64,000 nt of DNA, from contig CM022669.1 of the NCBI GenBank assembly GCA_012295275.1, positions 13,950,001 to 14,014,000 on the forward strand, written 5' to 3'. This DNA comes from Chrysomallon squamiferum. Taxonomy: Eukaryota; Animalia; Mollusca. Below are positions 35,401-49,374 of the stretch, one piece after another. The notes below the pieces were generated by a model. It searched no databases. It saw only the letters and a list, made by a program, of their open reading frames with translations, and was not told the origin of the DNA. Both the position numbers and the translations under genes were made by a program. How positions within the stretch are numbered: position 1 is the first letter of the stretch; every line of letters begins with the position of its first letter.

Positions 35401-35634
35401 CATCTGGAAAGAACACCGTCTCCAGACTATGACAATGTCCAGTATCCTTTCCCTTATAATAAACCTGTTGTCAATCAGTATACAACTGATGTGAAACACT
35501 CAACACCTCGATGCCTTACTGCTGGTTGTGTTTACGTGGGTCATTCAAACTATTATGGCTACTGTGAAGATTGCTATTTACGACATTATGGAGCAACGTT
35601 CCCATCTGGAAAGTCACAACATATTAGATTATAA
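29405..35634 (+). CDS. OTUD7B: OTU domain deubiquitinase of the OTUD7A/OTUD7B (Cezanne) family
   Basis: Exons: 29405-29504, 30145-~30798 (donor uncertain), 31296-31517, 32077-32175, 32538-32665, 33219-33352, 33868-34157, 34454-35634. N-terminal UBA-like ([14 protein letters not shown]), then [46 protein letters not shown], catalytic Cys loop [51 protein letters not shown], His loop [21 protein letters not shown] and C-terminal A20-type zinc fingers. The symbol denotes co-orthology to vertebrate OTUD7A/B. Confidence 0.95.
32900..33155. repeat. Degenerate ~57-bp tandem repeat (about 4.5 units) in an OTUD7-like intron
   Basis: Recurring TTT(C/A/T)A(C/T)C..TTTAAGAAT.TATAGTCAC.GTCT...ATGGTTTCCATAAA. 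Confidence 0.8.
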
Positions 35635-37232
35635 TAAGCCAACATAGAGAAATTTTCTGGAATAGTGAAAAAATTACAGACATATTAGAACAGTGTATCC
35701 ATCTTGAAAAATTACAATTTGTGTATTGATCTGGGAAAATCACAACATATTACATTACAAAAAGACTGCAAAATGTATTCAGATAAAATTTCATCTGAAT
35801 ATGTTATCAAATGTATTTCTTCCTTTTGTTTAAACAATTTGCTATATGAGTATTTTATGTTTTCTTCTCAACCGTTACTGGTACGATGGGGATTTTGGGT
35901 GTGATTTTTTTATCTACTTGTTCACGGGCAAAAGATAAAATCATGGGGTTAATTAACATTTAAATTAAAACAAATAATGCTGATTAGAAATCAATACCAA
36001 GAAATATATCAACCATTTAATTTGTTGTGATAATTTAATTTTGCCTTTTGGGATGTCGTTTCAAGATATCATTAAAAACTTGTTTTACAAATTTATTTAA
36101 ATCTTGAAAAAATGTTTTAGCTTGTTTATAAGAAGTTGGGGTTTTTTTTTTGTGTGTTTTTTGTTTGTTTTTTTATTAGTGTAATCTCAAAAAATATTAT
36201 TTTCATAAAATTAATTGTTGTTATGTTTATATTAATATTTTTAAAGAAATACCCATGTATGTAGATAGGTGTATATGTGTATCTGTGTGTCTGCAGGTTA
36301 AAAAAAATGAAAACAGTTGTAAAACAAATAAAAATACTGATAAATTATAGTTTAATACTTCACACTAGAGAAACTTCCATTATGCTTTTTCTGTGCTTAT
36401 GCATTATTAGTGCTGTGTATTAAAATTCCTTGCTAATGCTATATTTCAGTAACAGGTTTTATTTAGTTCGTTGAAAGTTTTTTTTTTTTTTTTAAATAAT
36501 AAAAGAAACACAAATTATTATGAAAACTGCCAATTTTTTGCATTTAGATTTTGGTATTAATAATATTTCCAGCTGTAATGAATTTATAATACAATTTTTT
36601 TTTTTAAAATAATTATTGTTATGAATATATATTTTTATTTTATTTTATTTTATGTTTATTATTATTTTCTATTTAAATATATCATTAATGTCACAGTTAC
36701 CTAAATATAAATAAATATAACTATGATAGAAATAATTAACTGATTTATACCCAACTAAGGTGATAAATTTAAATGTATGTATATATATTAAAACCAAGTA
36801 AAATATTCAGAAAAATGTGTGGTTAAGTTCAAATTGGATTTCTTTGATTTTGGTGCATAAATGTTGTTTCCTTGTCTCTTCATTAAATTATTATTCTTTT
36901 TGTTTGTTTTCCAATTGTTTTCTTTTTTGTTGATATGTATTTTGTTATTTGTTTTTGTTTTTTGTGTTATTTCACATGGCTGTTTCAGAAGTTTAATTGC
37001 TTTTCTCTCTTGTTAATTGTTACTGTAAATATTCGCCTTGATCTCATATTTGCACAAATCTTCATAATCGTTACTGTATTGCATGTAATATATCTATGTG
37101 AAAGTTTCAGTGACATTGTATATATGCATATATGTGTGTGTGTGTGTGTGTGATTGTGAAACTTTCATAAACTACATATTTAAACAACAAAGTATTATAT
37201 ATTAATATACATTTAAAATTACTTATTGTTTA

Positions 37233-37318
37233 TATTGTGAATATATGTACATATAACAACCATATAAATATATAATATTGTGAATATATGTACAAATAAC
37301 AACCATATAAATATATAA
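37233..37318. repeat. ~43-bp tandem duplication downstream of the OTUD7-like stop
   Basis: TATTGTGAATATATGTACA(T/A)ATAACAACCATATAAATATATAA occurs twice. Confidence 0.85.
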
Positions 37319-38574
37319 GTGTGTGTGCATGTGTGTGTGTGCTTTTTTTTATATATAAGTTTAACAGTGTATGTTAAATACAGTTGTTTATACCTGTTAG
37401 TGACATGATCTACACGTTAAATTTTCATAAAATTTGTGATCGCTGTTGTTAATTTTGTTGAAGATTGATAATGGAAAATAGGCGAAAAGTGAAATAAATT
37501 ATAAAGCTATTGGATTAGTAATGGCAAATCCATTGTGGAATGGTAGTTATCTAAACTGTTGTAGATTAGCCCTAAAATGATAACTGTTAAAGTGATGGGA
37601 GATATTCCATCTGTTGGTATCAGTAGTCATAATAATGCTGTTAATATTTCATTTGTTACAAATAAAGGAAATTTGTCTTTAGAATTTCTAGAATGTTTCT
37701 CATGAAAAGATTTCTTCTTGTTCATCTTATTATTTATTTTTTTTAATTGTTCTGTTGGTTCAATAAATAATAATTTCCTTTAAACAGAAAATTAACTTGT
37801 GTTGTTTTTCAAAATATATTCGAAATACTGTACATATGGCATTCAGTGTTGCAAGTTTTCCATAACCAAAATAAATATGTCCATATAATTCATTATCATA
37901 GCTTCCAAAACCCTATGGAGCCAATATTATTAATGAAAACAGTGGAAACAGCTTGGCATAGTATAAAATGAAATTGATGTATCCATGATGTATTGCTTTG
38001 TGAAAAAAATTCACTAGAAACCTTTTTTTTTTATTTCTTTTTTTTTTTTACATTTTGTCAAGAGCCATGAGTTGTGCATGAATTAAATTTTGCAAATGAA
38101 TTATTATTATTATCTTTTTTTTTTTTTTTTTCATTTTTACTTCTGCTGGTACAGAAGGTAGTTTATCATGAATTTTGTCCAATGCAATACTCCAGTGGTT
38201 TTTAAGCCTCATTAAAAACTTACTGTTTATAATTCTAAATGTTGACAATTAGTCTTTCTTAAATGTTTATATCAGACTAGATGTGTTTTATATTTTTTCT
38301 CTGTTTCTCTTTTGTTATTATTTTTATTATTAATACTGTTAATGGAACCCCCTTTCTTATTTTTAACTGCATATCATTTTGTATGTTTGTTATTATTATT
38401 ATTATTATTATTTACAGAACCATCTATTTAGTTCTGATTCAAGTTTATTTTACAGTAATTTGCCTAGTTTATTTCAGTTTTTTTTTAAATTTATTTCAGA
38501 CCCCTCCACCTTACAATTACTTTTCATTTTTCTCTATCTTTTTTGTTTGGTTTGTTGTGGGGGTTTTAAATCCA

Positions 38575-38659
<85 letters not shown>

Positions 38660-39598
38660 TATTTTATTATTATTATTATTATTATTTATTTATTTAAATT
38701 AAAAAAAAAAAATGTTTTAATCATTTTGCTTTATTTTGGGGTTTTTTGTTACTGTTTGCATGTTTGTTGATCTTGTATTTATAATTTCATTTCTTGAATA
38801 TAACTCTTGGAATGTTAAACATAACAGAGGGCTTCTTTGTCACGTAGATTATAAGCATGTTCAAACATGATACAAATATATATATATATATATAAAAAAT
38901 CTTGTTTTCTAGTAGTTAATAGCAAAACAAAACCTGTTTATTGTTTATAATTCTTACAAGAGTGTACAAGTGATTTCATTCTGTGATATGTAAATTATTA
39001 AAGTAAATCACCTAGAACTGATTACGTGTTTGTTTTTATTTTATTATAATGACTGTTTTCAAATTTATATGGAAATTTATTATTCTGTGACACACACACA
39101 CACAAAAAACCCCATTATTTTAAAAACTATATATTGTTGTAATAATAATAATAATAATAATAGCTGTACTAATAGGAGTAGATCTGATAGATATAACAAA
39201 TTTTGGTTGAGTTGTGCACCCATCTCGTGAAAAAATAAAATTGAGTTTTTAAGGGTTTTTAAGTATAAAAATTACACTTAGAAAAATGGTGGAATTTTTT
39301 TTTTTTTATCTAGTATGCCTCTCACTTAAAATCTGGATTCAGTTTATCTTTGAATATCCAATGTTAGACTTTAAGTAGCCTTGGCCGTTATTCATGAAAG
39401 CAAACCCTGAAAGTTGATAAACCACCCTAGACAAGTCTTTAAACAAAACAAAAATTGTATTATGAATTCTGACAATAACTTCTCCCTGTTCCGGTTGTAG
39501 AACTGTTAACCGGAGGCTCTACACGAGCTGTCAGCCATGACTGTCCTAAAAAGTTAGATCAAACAACGATTTACCACCGTTTGGTAATTTATCTAGCA

Positions 39599-40025
39599 AT
39601 GGAAGTGAGCAATCTTTCAGCGTTTTTCGAAAAGGTATGTACAAAAGTAAATTTTAAAAGTAGTCGGTTTCGATCCGTCTTTGAAATGGTTAAAAGAAAC
39701 ATTTGACATAAGTGGTTAGCGGGGCTCTCTCGACTCTCGGTCAGTCGGTGTCGGTCCTAACAGTAACAGGACACCCTCAGTGCACGGTTTACGCTTCGAT
39801 CACCCAATTGCTTTTGTTTTATTCTAATCTTTTTAACAGCAAAAACCACTAATATATAGATAACGTATTTTGAGAGAAAAAGCTTGTTATTTGTCAATAA
39901 GTTATTTTTAGCGTTTGATTTAGATCATTACCATTTCAAAAATCGAGGCTATACAGGTGGGGGGGCATACATTTTGCCGTGTACAGTTTTTAACTTTATT
40001 CATTTGTTTATTTATTTATGTATTA

Positions 40026-40070
<45 letters not shown>

Positions 40071-40405
40071 GCCATAAGAAAAAGGAACAATAAATAAAAA
40101 TGAGAAAAAAAAAGTGAAATAGTATATACTATATTGTCATATTCACTATCAAAATGTACTTTTGTCGTATAGGCATTACTTATGTATTTAATATTTTATT
40201 AATTTCATTTTAGATTTTAGTTGTTTGTTTTCGATTATTAGTATAATGCCAAAAGTAAAAATATACCAGTTTGTTAGGATAAAAAGTAAAATAAAAACAT
40301 TTCAATGCTATTTATTTATTCTTAATTATAGTTCGTATATCATGTCATTATTTTGACTGATACAAAATATTTTTCATGAACTACTGATGTAATTCTGATG
40401 TTTTC

Positions 40406-40441
<36 letters not shown>

Positions 40442-41017
40442 GGTTTTTTTAAATTATTATTTTATTTTTATTTTTTATTTTATTTTACTCCAGCTATTTC
40501 TGGTTAATATCATTTTACATTAAATTACTAATATCTACAAAATTATTTTCTACTTCAGGTTAATTCTGTGGAGGCAGCATTTACTTCACTTGACTGCAGT
40601 GAAAAGGAATGTGCCATTACATTTTTAGAAACTTTACTCAGCAAATTGAAATGCCTTCTAAAAGTCAACAAATTATCAAACAACAAACTAAAAAAGAAGG
40701 AAAATGGACAGAACAACAGTTTATCAGACCAAAAATGGAGGAAAAGGAAATCAAAAAGAACCAAAAATTCCCAAAACAAAATATCTAAAGTTCTCAAGAA
40801 AACTGCATCTTTACAGTTACTGCAAAAAAGTAAAACAAAAACCACAGAGCAAAATATTTCACCAAGAAGAGGAAAAAGGAAAAGCAAGATGGAAGATAAT
40901 TCTGTTTCTGTGGGAACTAGGAGAAGTCTGAGAAACAGTAACAAAAAGGTTAAATATTTATAAATGTTTGTTTCCCTGACATTCATTTTATCATATTTTT
41001 ATCAATTTTTAATTTTA

Positions 41018-41062
<45 letters not shown>

Positions 41063-44000
41063 TTTAATCGACTCATTTATTAAAGGGATCTCTTAGTGAA
41101 ATGTAATTGTCAGGTTTTATATTTTTTGTTATTTTTGTTGTTGTTTTATTATTATTATTATTATTATTTTTTTTTTTTTTTTTTTTTTTTGTTCCTTTTC
41201 CTTTTGTAGTTTTAATCTAAACTCGATTCTCATTTCCTTTTTTTTTTTTTTTTTTTTTTTATCTTCTAATCTTCATTTCAATATTTAATAACATGGCATA
41301 AATAGGTGTTTTAGTCTTTGTAATTTATTTGTCATTTCAAGACTTTTTGGTTTTTTATTTTAACATCAGTACTTAATATTGAGCACATAGTTAAGAATAC
41401 TGAGTTGTCTGCCCATGAAAAGTTCTGAAGCAATCTAACACTTTATCAGTTAGATTTGATATCTGTATTTGTTTTCAAACCTGTCAGGTGATCCTGTGTA
41501 TGGCTAACATTCCAGTGGCATTTATGGAATATGTGACAGCCGTTAATGGTGGGGTGGGTGAGGGGGTGGGGAATATAAAAAAAAAAAAAATCAAAGATGA
41601 ATTATTGTTCAGATTAAATATAAAAATTGAATGAAAACAGTTATGTTTATTTGTATTAAACATTGAAAAAGTAATTTAAGATATGTAATTATCACATTCA
41701 AACACATACACAACAAGAACACACATGTTGACAGTCACAGACACAACCACACACGTGTTGACACACACACACACACACTGAAGCACACAGAAATATAATT
41801 GTTTTTATCAAAATCTTTTTCAAAATTTTTTTATCATCCATTTTTATTTTTATTTTTATTTTTTTAACTTTTTATTTTTATTTTATAGGCAGCAAGTGAC
41901 TTAGACCTGGAAAAAACTGAAAACGAGGAGACGGAATTTGATCAGGTTGACAATGAATGTGTCGAAAATGATTTGGAACCATTGGAAAATGACAAAACGG
42001 AAACAGACCAAACACCACAAATGATAAATAAAAGTCCACATGATATAAACGGGAACGACACGTCAGGGAAGGTCACAAGAAAGTTAAATAACAACAAAAA
42101 TATTCAGACTTGCAAGAAATGTGGCGACTGTTTTTCAAGCCAGCGTTCTTTAAAGTCTCATTTCCTCCTTCACGGTCTCAGTCACGCATCGTGCAGATTC
42201 TGCCGCAGGGTTTTAGTCAACCATGCCGCCTTGTTACATCACAAGTGCAAGCAGGCAGACGGCAAGAAAACCTGCAGAATTTGTGGAGATGGCTTTGCTT
42301 TCGACAACACCACAGCTCTGCACAATCACATGAAAACCGAACACGATATGTTGCCAGATTCTTGTCAGATGCTTCACAAATGTTCCTACTGCTCTCGAAT
42401 GTTTAGTCGAAAGGTGACTTTGTTCATGCATCTGAAGGTGCATGCAGGCAGCCAGTACGTGTGTCTGAAGTGTGGTATGTTTCTGGACAAGGAGATGTAC
42501 ACGTCGCACATGTCACAGCATTATGCCGATGCCAAATTCCGATGCCAGATCTGCAAGTCACTCTTTCCATCAGCAGCGTCTCTATTACAGTCACATGGAC
42601 AATCATAAGAAATATGACTGCAAAGACTGTTCAAGGTACAGTTGTATTTTATTTTATGTCCAATCAGATTTCATAAATATTACAATAAATTTTAAAAATT
42701 CAAGTCTTTGTCATGAATTAGTTAATAACAGTTAAGTAAACCGAAATATCAGATTTTTTTATAATTTTTTATAATTTCTTGAATGTTCATTTGTCAATGT
42801 CTGTTTCAGTTTTTTTCTATAGTTAGTTCTAATTCAGTGTGCATTTAGGTAATTATTTTATAAATTAAATGACCATATTTTTTCAATCTTTCTTTTTTTG
42901 TTTTGTCTGTTTTTCCTTTTGCACTATTTATTAATTGTTTGTTTTTCTTGCAGTCATGATTTTTTTTATTTTCTTAGTAATGAATAAATTTTCTTACATC
43001 TTCAAAATTTTAAAACTGTGCTTATCACTGATTTTTTTTTTTTTTTTTCTTTCAATAATAGTATAAATTTGTATTTAAAAAAAAAATTAAAAATTATTCT
43101 GAAAATTTAATCTAAAAGAGAGAATATTAGCTTTATGAATAATATTTTTAGTGATTTTAAATTTAAGAATATATTTTTAGGCCTTTCACATGCTGGAGAG
43201 ATTTGCGAAAACATCAGAAATTAGAACATGCAGAGAAATATGAAGCTGAGATGAAAAGTTTTGAATGTGAAGATTGTCATCGAAAGTTTTTCAAAGAAAA
43301 TCAACTGGAAATACACAGACGAATACACACAGGTAAATATACTTTAAAAAATGTATAAATATATAAATATATCCATACATGAGTATATTTATCTGTCTGG
43401 AGAGAAATAGAGAGGAAAAAAAACCTATTTTCAATTCTGGTGTGTATGTATGTTTATTTATTTATTTATTTATGCATTCATTCATTCATTTAACTCCACA
43501 GGTGAGCGTCCATTACAGTGCTCCCTGTGTCAGCTGTTTTTCAGAACACAGAAAGCCCTTCACAAACACAGACAGACATACAAACATTCACTGAGATCTG
43601 GAGAAGCTATCCAGGAACGAAAGTATTTATGTTCAGAGTGTGGGAAAGCTTATTTCAGGTTAGTGCATTCATTTGAGTGGTCTGGGTAGCCCAGTGATAA
43701 ATCAAGAAATGGAATATCTCTTTGTTTAATCTGCTTTATTAATCTAAATCGGTAAATGATTAATTTCTTGTTTATAATTGTAAATTGTTTGTTGGTAACA
43801 TGTCAGTACAGATATCTTTAATTTTATTTAGTGTTTTTAGTATTTTGATAGAGATAAGGCTAGAAATAAAAGAACATGACTGTAGTTCAGAAAGCATTTT
43901 TGCTTCAGCATTTGATGAAGAAGAAGAAGAAGGAGAAGCATGACGGTTTCAGGAATGATGGAATGCATGACTGACTCATCTTGGGCACCCATTGAGTTAT

Positions 44001-45326
44001 TTCATGTTCTATAAAGCTTTATCTATTTCTGTGTTAGGGAAAATGCATATAAATATAGCTCACAGCGTAGTGATAATAAGTTTTCATCCTCAGTATCACC
44101 TTTACACAAATGTCCAGATCAGCCAAAAATATCAAATTTTTCACTATTTGTTTTTAAATATAAATCCATTTTTTATTTATAGAACCCAGAGTTTAATTTT
44201 TGTTTCGTAGAAAGATGATCAAATAATTAGGATTACAATAAGAAATACCATCACGTAAGATTATTAATTTGTATTATTTCTCAGAAAACAAGCCCTACAG
44301 AGACACCTGAAGCAACACACAGGTGAGAAAAACTTCACCTGCAGTCACTGCAGTTACCGATGTCACGAAGTCAACAACCTGAAACGTCACATGGCACTTC
44401 ACTTTGAAGCTGAGCGGAAGTTCATCTGCGAGGTGTGCGGTGCTGCCTTCCACGCTAAGAAGACGCTGGAGATGCATCATCGCTACAAACACAACGACGA
44501 ACGATCCTACTGCTGTCCTGAATGTCCACTGTCCTTCAAAGCGAAGAATGCGCTGAAGAGACACATAAAAGTTCACAACAGAAATAAAGACCACAGATGC
44601 TGGTGTGGAGCAGCGTTCAACAGACTGTACAACCTCCGCAGACATCTGCGGTCGGTCCACAACGACGACAGCATCCTTCCTCCAGTGAGGAAAGTTGAAG
44701 TTCTGGACTCAGATACCGCTATAAAGGTTCCGTACGGGGAGAAGTCAAAGCCGGCTCCAAAGATCAGAGTGAACAGGCTGAAGATGGACCAGGTTTGTCA
44801 GGAGCAGCAAGAATCTCTCCAGCAGCAGAATCTCATGTCTCTGACACCATCTGCTTTGTCCAGCAGTCTGACAGTAACTCCATCCCAGGCTCCTATGTCG
44901 GTCCCACAACAGATGACACAAGAGGAGCAACAACAGCAACAACAACAACAACAACAACAGCAGCAGCAGCAGCAACAACAACAACAACAGCAACAGCAAC
45001 AACAACAAAGCATGATGGTTTATGATCAAATGACTGCTCCTCCTGCAGTTGTTGCTTACCAACCTGCTCTAGCAGATCACACAAGACTGGAGACTTTTGA
45101 CAACCGCATGCAGACTGTAGCTCAGGACTATTATGGTAATGCAGGAATGTTGATGGGAGTGAATATGGAACATGCACAGAACGACTACAACAACCCGTTC
45201 ATGTACATCCAGAATGTCCTGCTGCCGTCTGTTGCCATGGCAGGTTTACTGGATCTTTCACAGGGTCATCAAGGAGGTGCTGGAGGAGGTACTGGGGCTG
45301 GTAATGATACAGGTGGAAAGCAGTAA
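39599..45326 (+). CDS. C2H2 zinc-finger protein (~14 fingers, basic N-terminus, C-terminal polyQ) with a +1 frameshift at about 42564-42568
   Basis: Exons: 39599-39634 (MEVSNLSAFFEK|GTATGT), 40559-40948, 41889-42635, 43181-43332, 43502-43658, 44285-45326. Repeated CxxC-x12-HxxxH units with HTGERP/HTGEKN linkers. Splice phases are consistent except for the one-base shift inside finger 6. CAA/CAG polyQ lies at about 44925-45010. Confidence 0.92.
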
Positions 45327-45674
45327 CGATAAGACCAGTACACTCTACTCTCCTTCTCTTAAATCATATTCAGTGGGTTGTTGGTTGTTGACTGGAGATG
45401 AATGAAACATTTTTGGTCATATTTACGTTTTTAGTTATTTTTAAAAATAACTATAATTGCTTTTCGACATCTAAAATTTATTTTTATTTATTTATTTATT
45501 TATTTTACTTTATTTTTATTTATTTTTGTTTTTGTCTTGGGGGTTGTTTTTTGTTTTTAGTTGTTGTTTTTTTTTGTTTTTCTTGTAAGGTATATGTATT
45601 TAGTAATTATAGGAATATTTTGCCTGCTAATAGTGCTAAAACTTTAACAGACCAGTCACAATGAATATTATACC

Positions 45675-45705
<31 letters not shown>

Positions 45706-46336
45706 TGTATATTGTTATTAGTCTTTGTTTAATGAGATACATTTCATCCACACACACACACACAACCTTCCTCCAAATGTTACTATGCAATTTCATAATT
45801 CTAATAATCTTATTTTGGTGTTTTGTGTGCTTTTAATAATATAAAAATATATATATATATATATATTTATTTATTCAAACGTTTTTATGAAACTTTTGAT
45901 TTATTAACTACTTGGTTTACAGTTTGATCATTTTATTCAAAAATGTATTTTTTTTATATAGCATTTTCGTAATCGATCGTCCAATACTCTTCACGCCTTT
46001 ACCGCGAGATTCTAAGTTGATGATCCAGTTAATTTACTGCAGAAATTATAAATGCAATTGACTTTCACGAGTACATTAAGCAGTATGCATTTCTGATTTT
46101 TATTAATTTTGTTTTCCTTCAAATAACGTCAACGAGAATATATTTCTTCCGAAATAAATTGTTTTATCGATCGCCAAACGTGATAATGGCGCTGGAAATT
46201 GTTTCCCTTTACAGTTTCATTAGTACGTTGACGTCATATACAGGTGTCGTAATATTTATTAAAAGTTAATTGTTGTATTAATAGAATTTTATTTATTTAT
46301 TTATTTATTTATTTATTTTATTTAACTATTTAATTA

Positions 46337-46373
<37 letters not shown>

Positions 46374-48375
46374 AAGTATCATTTACTTTTATTTTCTCTG
46401 AAATAATAACAATAGTAGTGGTAGAAGTAGTAGTAGTAACAATAATAATTATTTCAAGAAATGTTATTTTCATAGAAAATGTTTCTGGAGAAACAGGAAT
46501 TTAAACACGTTTATTTTTGTGCCTTTTCTGATATTTTGCTACTAAGACTTTTTCTTCTAATTAAACCTTTTTTTAATAAACTTAATTGTGTTCTGTGGTT
46601 AATTCAGACGAGTAATTTTGTACTTGGATGAGCTTAGCAATGATCAATGAATGTCAAAACAAAATATCTACCCGAAAAACAGAAATAACATATGTCTATA
46701 ATTAATATATCTGAAATTTAGATTATTTTCCTGCCTGACTGTGAGACATATTTGTCGAAATCTAGACTTAACAGCATGCGTTAGGGTTATTTCCAATTCC
46801 AGCGAATTACGAAGGGTTTATCAAATACAACAGTAATATCTATATATCAAATACTCAAAACAGTTCAATAATAACAAAAAAAAAAAATAAAAAATAAAAA
46901 AAGAAAATGCTTGTAGTACGTTTAATATAGAACATTTAGTTCACTGATTCATTGAACGTTTTATACACTAAGTGAACACGAATCACACACAATTAATAAC
47001 TAAAATTTAGCATGACAAAGAGCGAGGTTCACTGAATATACATTACTTCTTTCACTGATAGCGCTTTTGTGAAAGTAACAATGACGTTATTGTGTGATCA
47101 ATAATAATCTCTGAGTTTAACTAAAACAAGAGACAGATGCTGCAGTTTTTATGGGACACAGTCTGATAACGAATGCATGGAAATCCTGTTTAGCTTTTCT
47201 ATCAGTAAATGAGTTCAGGTGCTATCGGAACCTCGAAGGCATTTATACCTTTTGTTCCGTCCGGTACATTTCGGCTAAGTCCGCCTTTTTGCCACCTGGA
47301 ACGATACAAGCCGAGTATACATGTTCGCGTTTGACAAAATAGCAGTAACATTTTGAACTGTTAATGAAAATCAGTATTAATCATATACTTTTATTAATGG
47401 GCTTCAGATAAATATGATAAATATCTTGAACCGTAATGATTATCGTTTGCCATTTCAACATTTGGAAATAAAGAACAAAAATGGACGTGGTGCATTACAA
47501 ACTGTGTTAGGAAACATAAACCGATGACGTCCGTGAAAATAAGTATAATAATCTTCAACAGACACGTTACTTATAATAGCACCAATTAAAATTTATATAT
47601 CAAATAAAAATGAACAAATGCAGTTGTTTGAGAGCACGTCCGTTGTACATGAAAAATTTCAATGTCCATTTTAATTACTTTTCAATCATGAATCTTTGTT
47701 ACTGGAGAAGAGATAAGATTGAAATCAAGAAAGAAAATAGTCCAGCAATAAATGATACATGTAAAAGAATGAAGCTCTGTCATATACACTTTGTAATAAT
47801 GGTTATCTAAATATCATCTTCTTACAGCGTCACTTTTTGACGTCGTAAGATGTACCAACTCCAACATTTTATGAACTACCATAAACGTTCTATATCGGTC
47901 GAAAACATACAGGTCTATTAAATGACAGATAAATATTATGAACGTCGACAAATTCTACGATTTTTACAGTGTCACCGAAGTCACGTGACCCTACGGGTCT
48001 CTAAACTACAAAAGAAGTCAGACACTGTCACTGTTATTATTCCTTTATTCGTTTTAATTTCAAAGTGATTCATACTCTTTTCAGTTATCTTTATTGCTAA
48101 AGATATTTTTTTATTTTTATCTATTATGTAAAGTTCGTTAGTCTTCGTTATTATGTTAATATTATTCATTTATGCAGAGTTGTTCGAAAGAAATGAAATT
48201 GAAAAACGTGCTGATCATACAAAAGGACTATGCATGTGCATGAGTGTGTCTGATTAGATACTGCACATAGACAGGAAAGTCCAATACGACTTCACAAACC
48301 CCGTCAGGTGTCGCTGTCGAGACTCGAATGTACTGCATCCCATTCGCCTGCACTCTAAAGGCGAAAGATTATTCG

Positions 48376-48700
48376 GATAATACGACACTATTCGTCTAAG
48401 TGATATCACTACTCTGATAATACGACACTATTCGTCTAAGTGATATCACTACTCTGATAATATAAACTACTCGTCTGACTAAGTGATATCACTACTCTGA
48501 TAATACGACACTATTCGTCTAAGTGATATCACTACTCTGATATATAACACTACTCCTCTGACTAAGAGATATCACTACTGATAATACGAAACTACTCGTC
48601 TAAGTGATATCACTACTCTGATATATAAACTACTCGTCTGACTAAGAGATATCACTACTCTGATAATACGAAACTACTCGTCTAAGTGATATCACTATTC
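48376..48700. repeat. Minisatellite, 8 units of about 40-43 bp with palindromic core AGTGATATCACT
   Basis: Consensus GATAATACGACACTATTCGTCTAAGTGATATCACTACTCT. Units start at 48376, 48416, 48456, 48499, 48539, 48580, 48620 and 48662. Confidence 0.95.
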
Positions 48701-49339
48701 AGACTCTCATACCATTTTTCTGACATTGATATATCATTAATCTGTCAGTCCACTAGTCTGTAGTGATACTACTAGTCAGTGTTATGATACTATTTTAACA
48801 TATGAAACTACTGACAATGCTATATTACTAACTGATAATGTGATATTACTAGTGGTATATATCAGAGTAATATACACAACCAAACTAATAAATAAACAAA
48901 AATTAAATAAAATAAAATAATATGATATAATATATAATGTAATGTAATGTAACACAATATAATATAATATAATGCATTAATCATTATTCTATAATATAAT
49001 ATAATGTTGTATAATATAATATAATATAACACCAATCAAACGACATTATCCTATTTACCTTAGCAACCATTACTCAAACAAATAAACTGAAATAATCTAT
49101 TTAAAATGATAAATGATTAACATCAAAACGACATTTTTTTTTTTTTTTTTTCTGAATACTGAAATATTAACTGAAATATCTCTCATTAAAGAAGATATAT
49201 TTCTGTTTTAGTCAAACGTGACAGTAACAATGAACAAATAATCACAGTCGAGTGACGGTGACGTACAGAGCAAACAAGAAAAACAAACAAACAAACAAAC
49301 AAACAAACAACAACAGAAGATATCAAATTAAACAGAAAG

Positions 49340-49374
<35 letters not shown>

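Noticed and set aside
34440-35499. Antisense and alternative-frame ORFs over the OTUD7-like last exon (likewise 40555-40986, 42234-42509, 44295-45177 and 12854-13117)
   Set aside because: They are shadows of the real coding frame, with no independent splice or domain support.
48376-48700. CRISPR-like array (palindromic repeat at regular spacing)
   Set aside because: The intervening sequences are near-identical rather than unique spacers, there are no cas genes, and the context is eukaryotic. It is a minisatellite.
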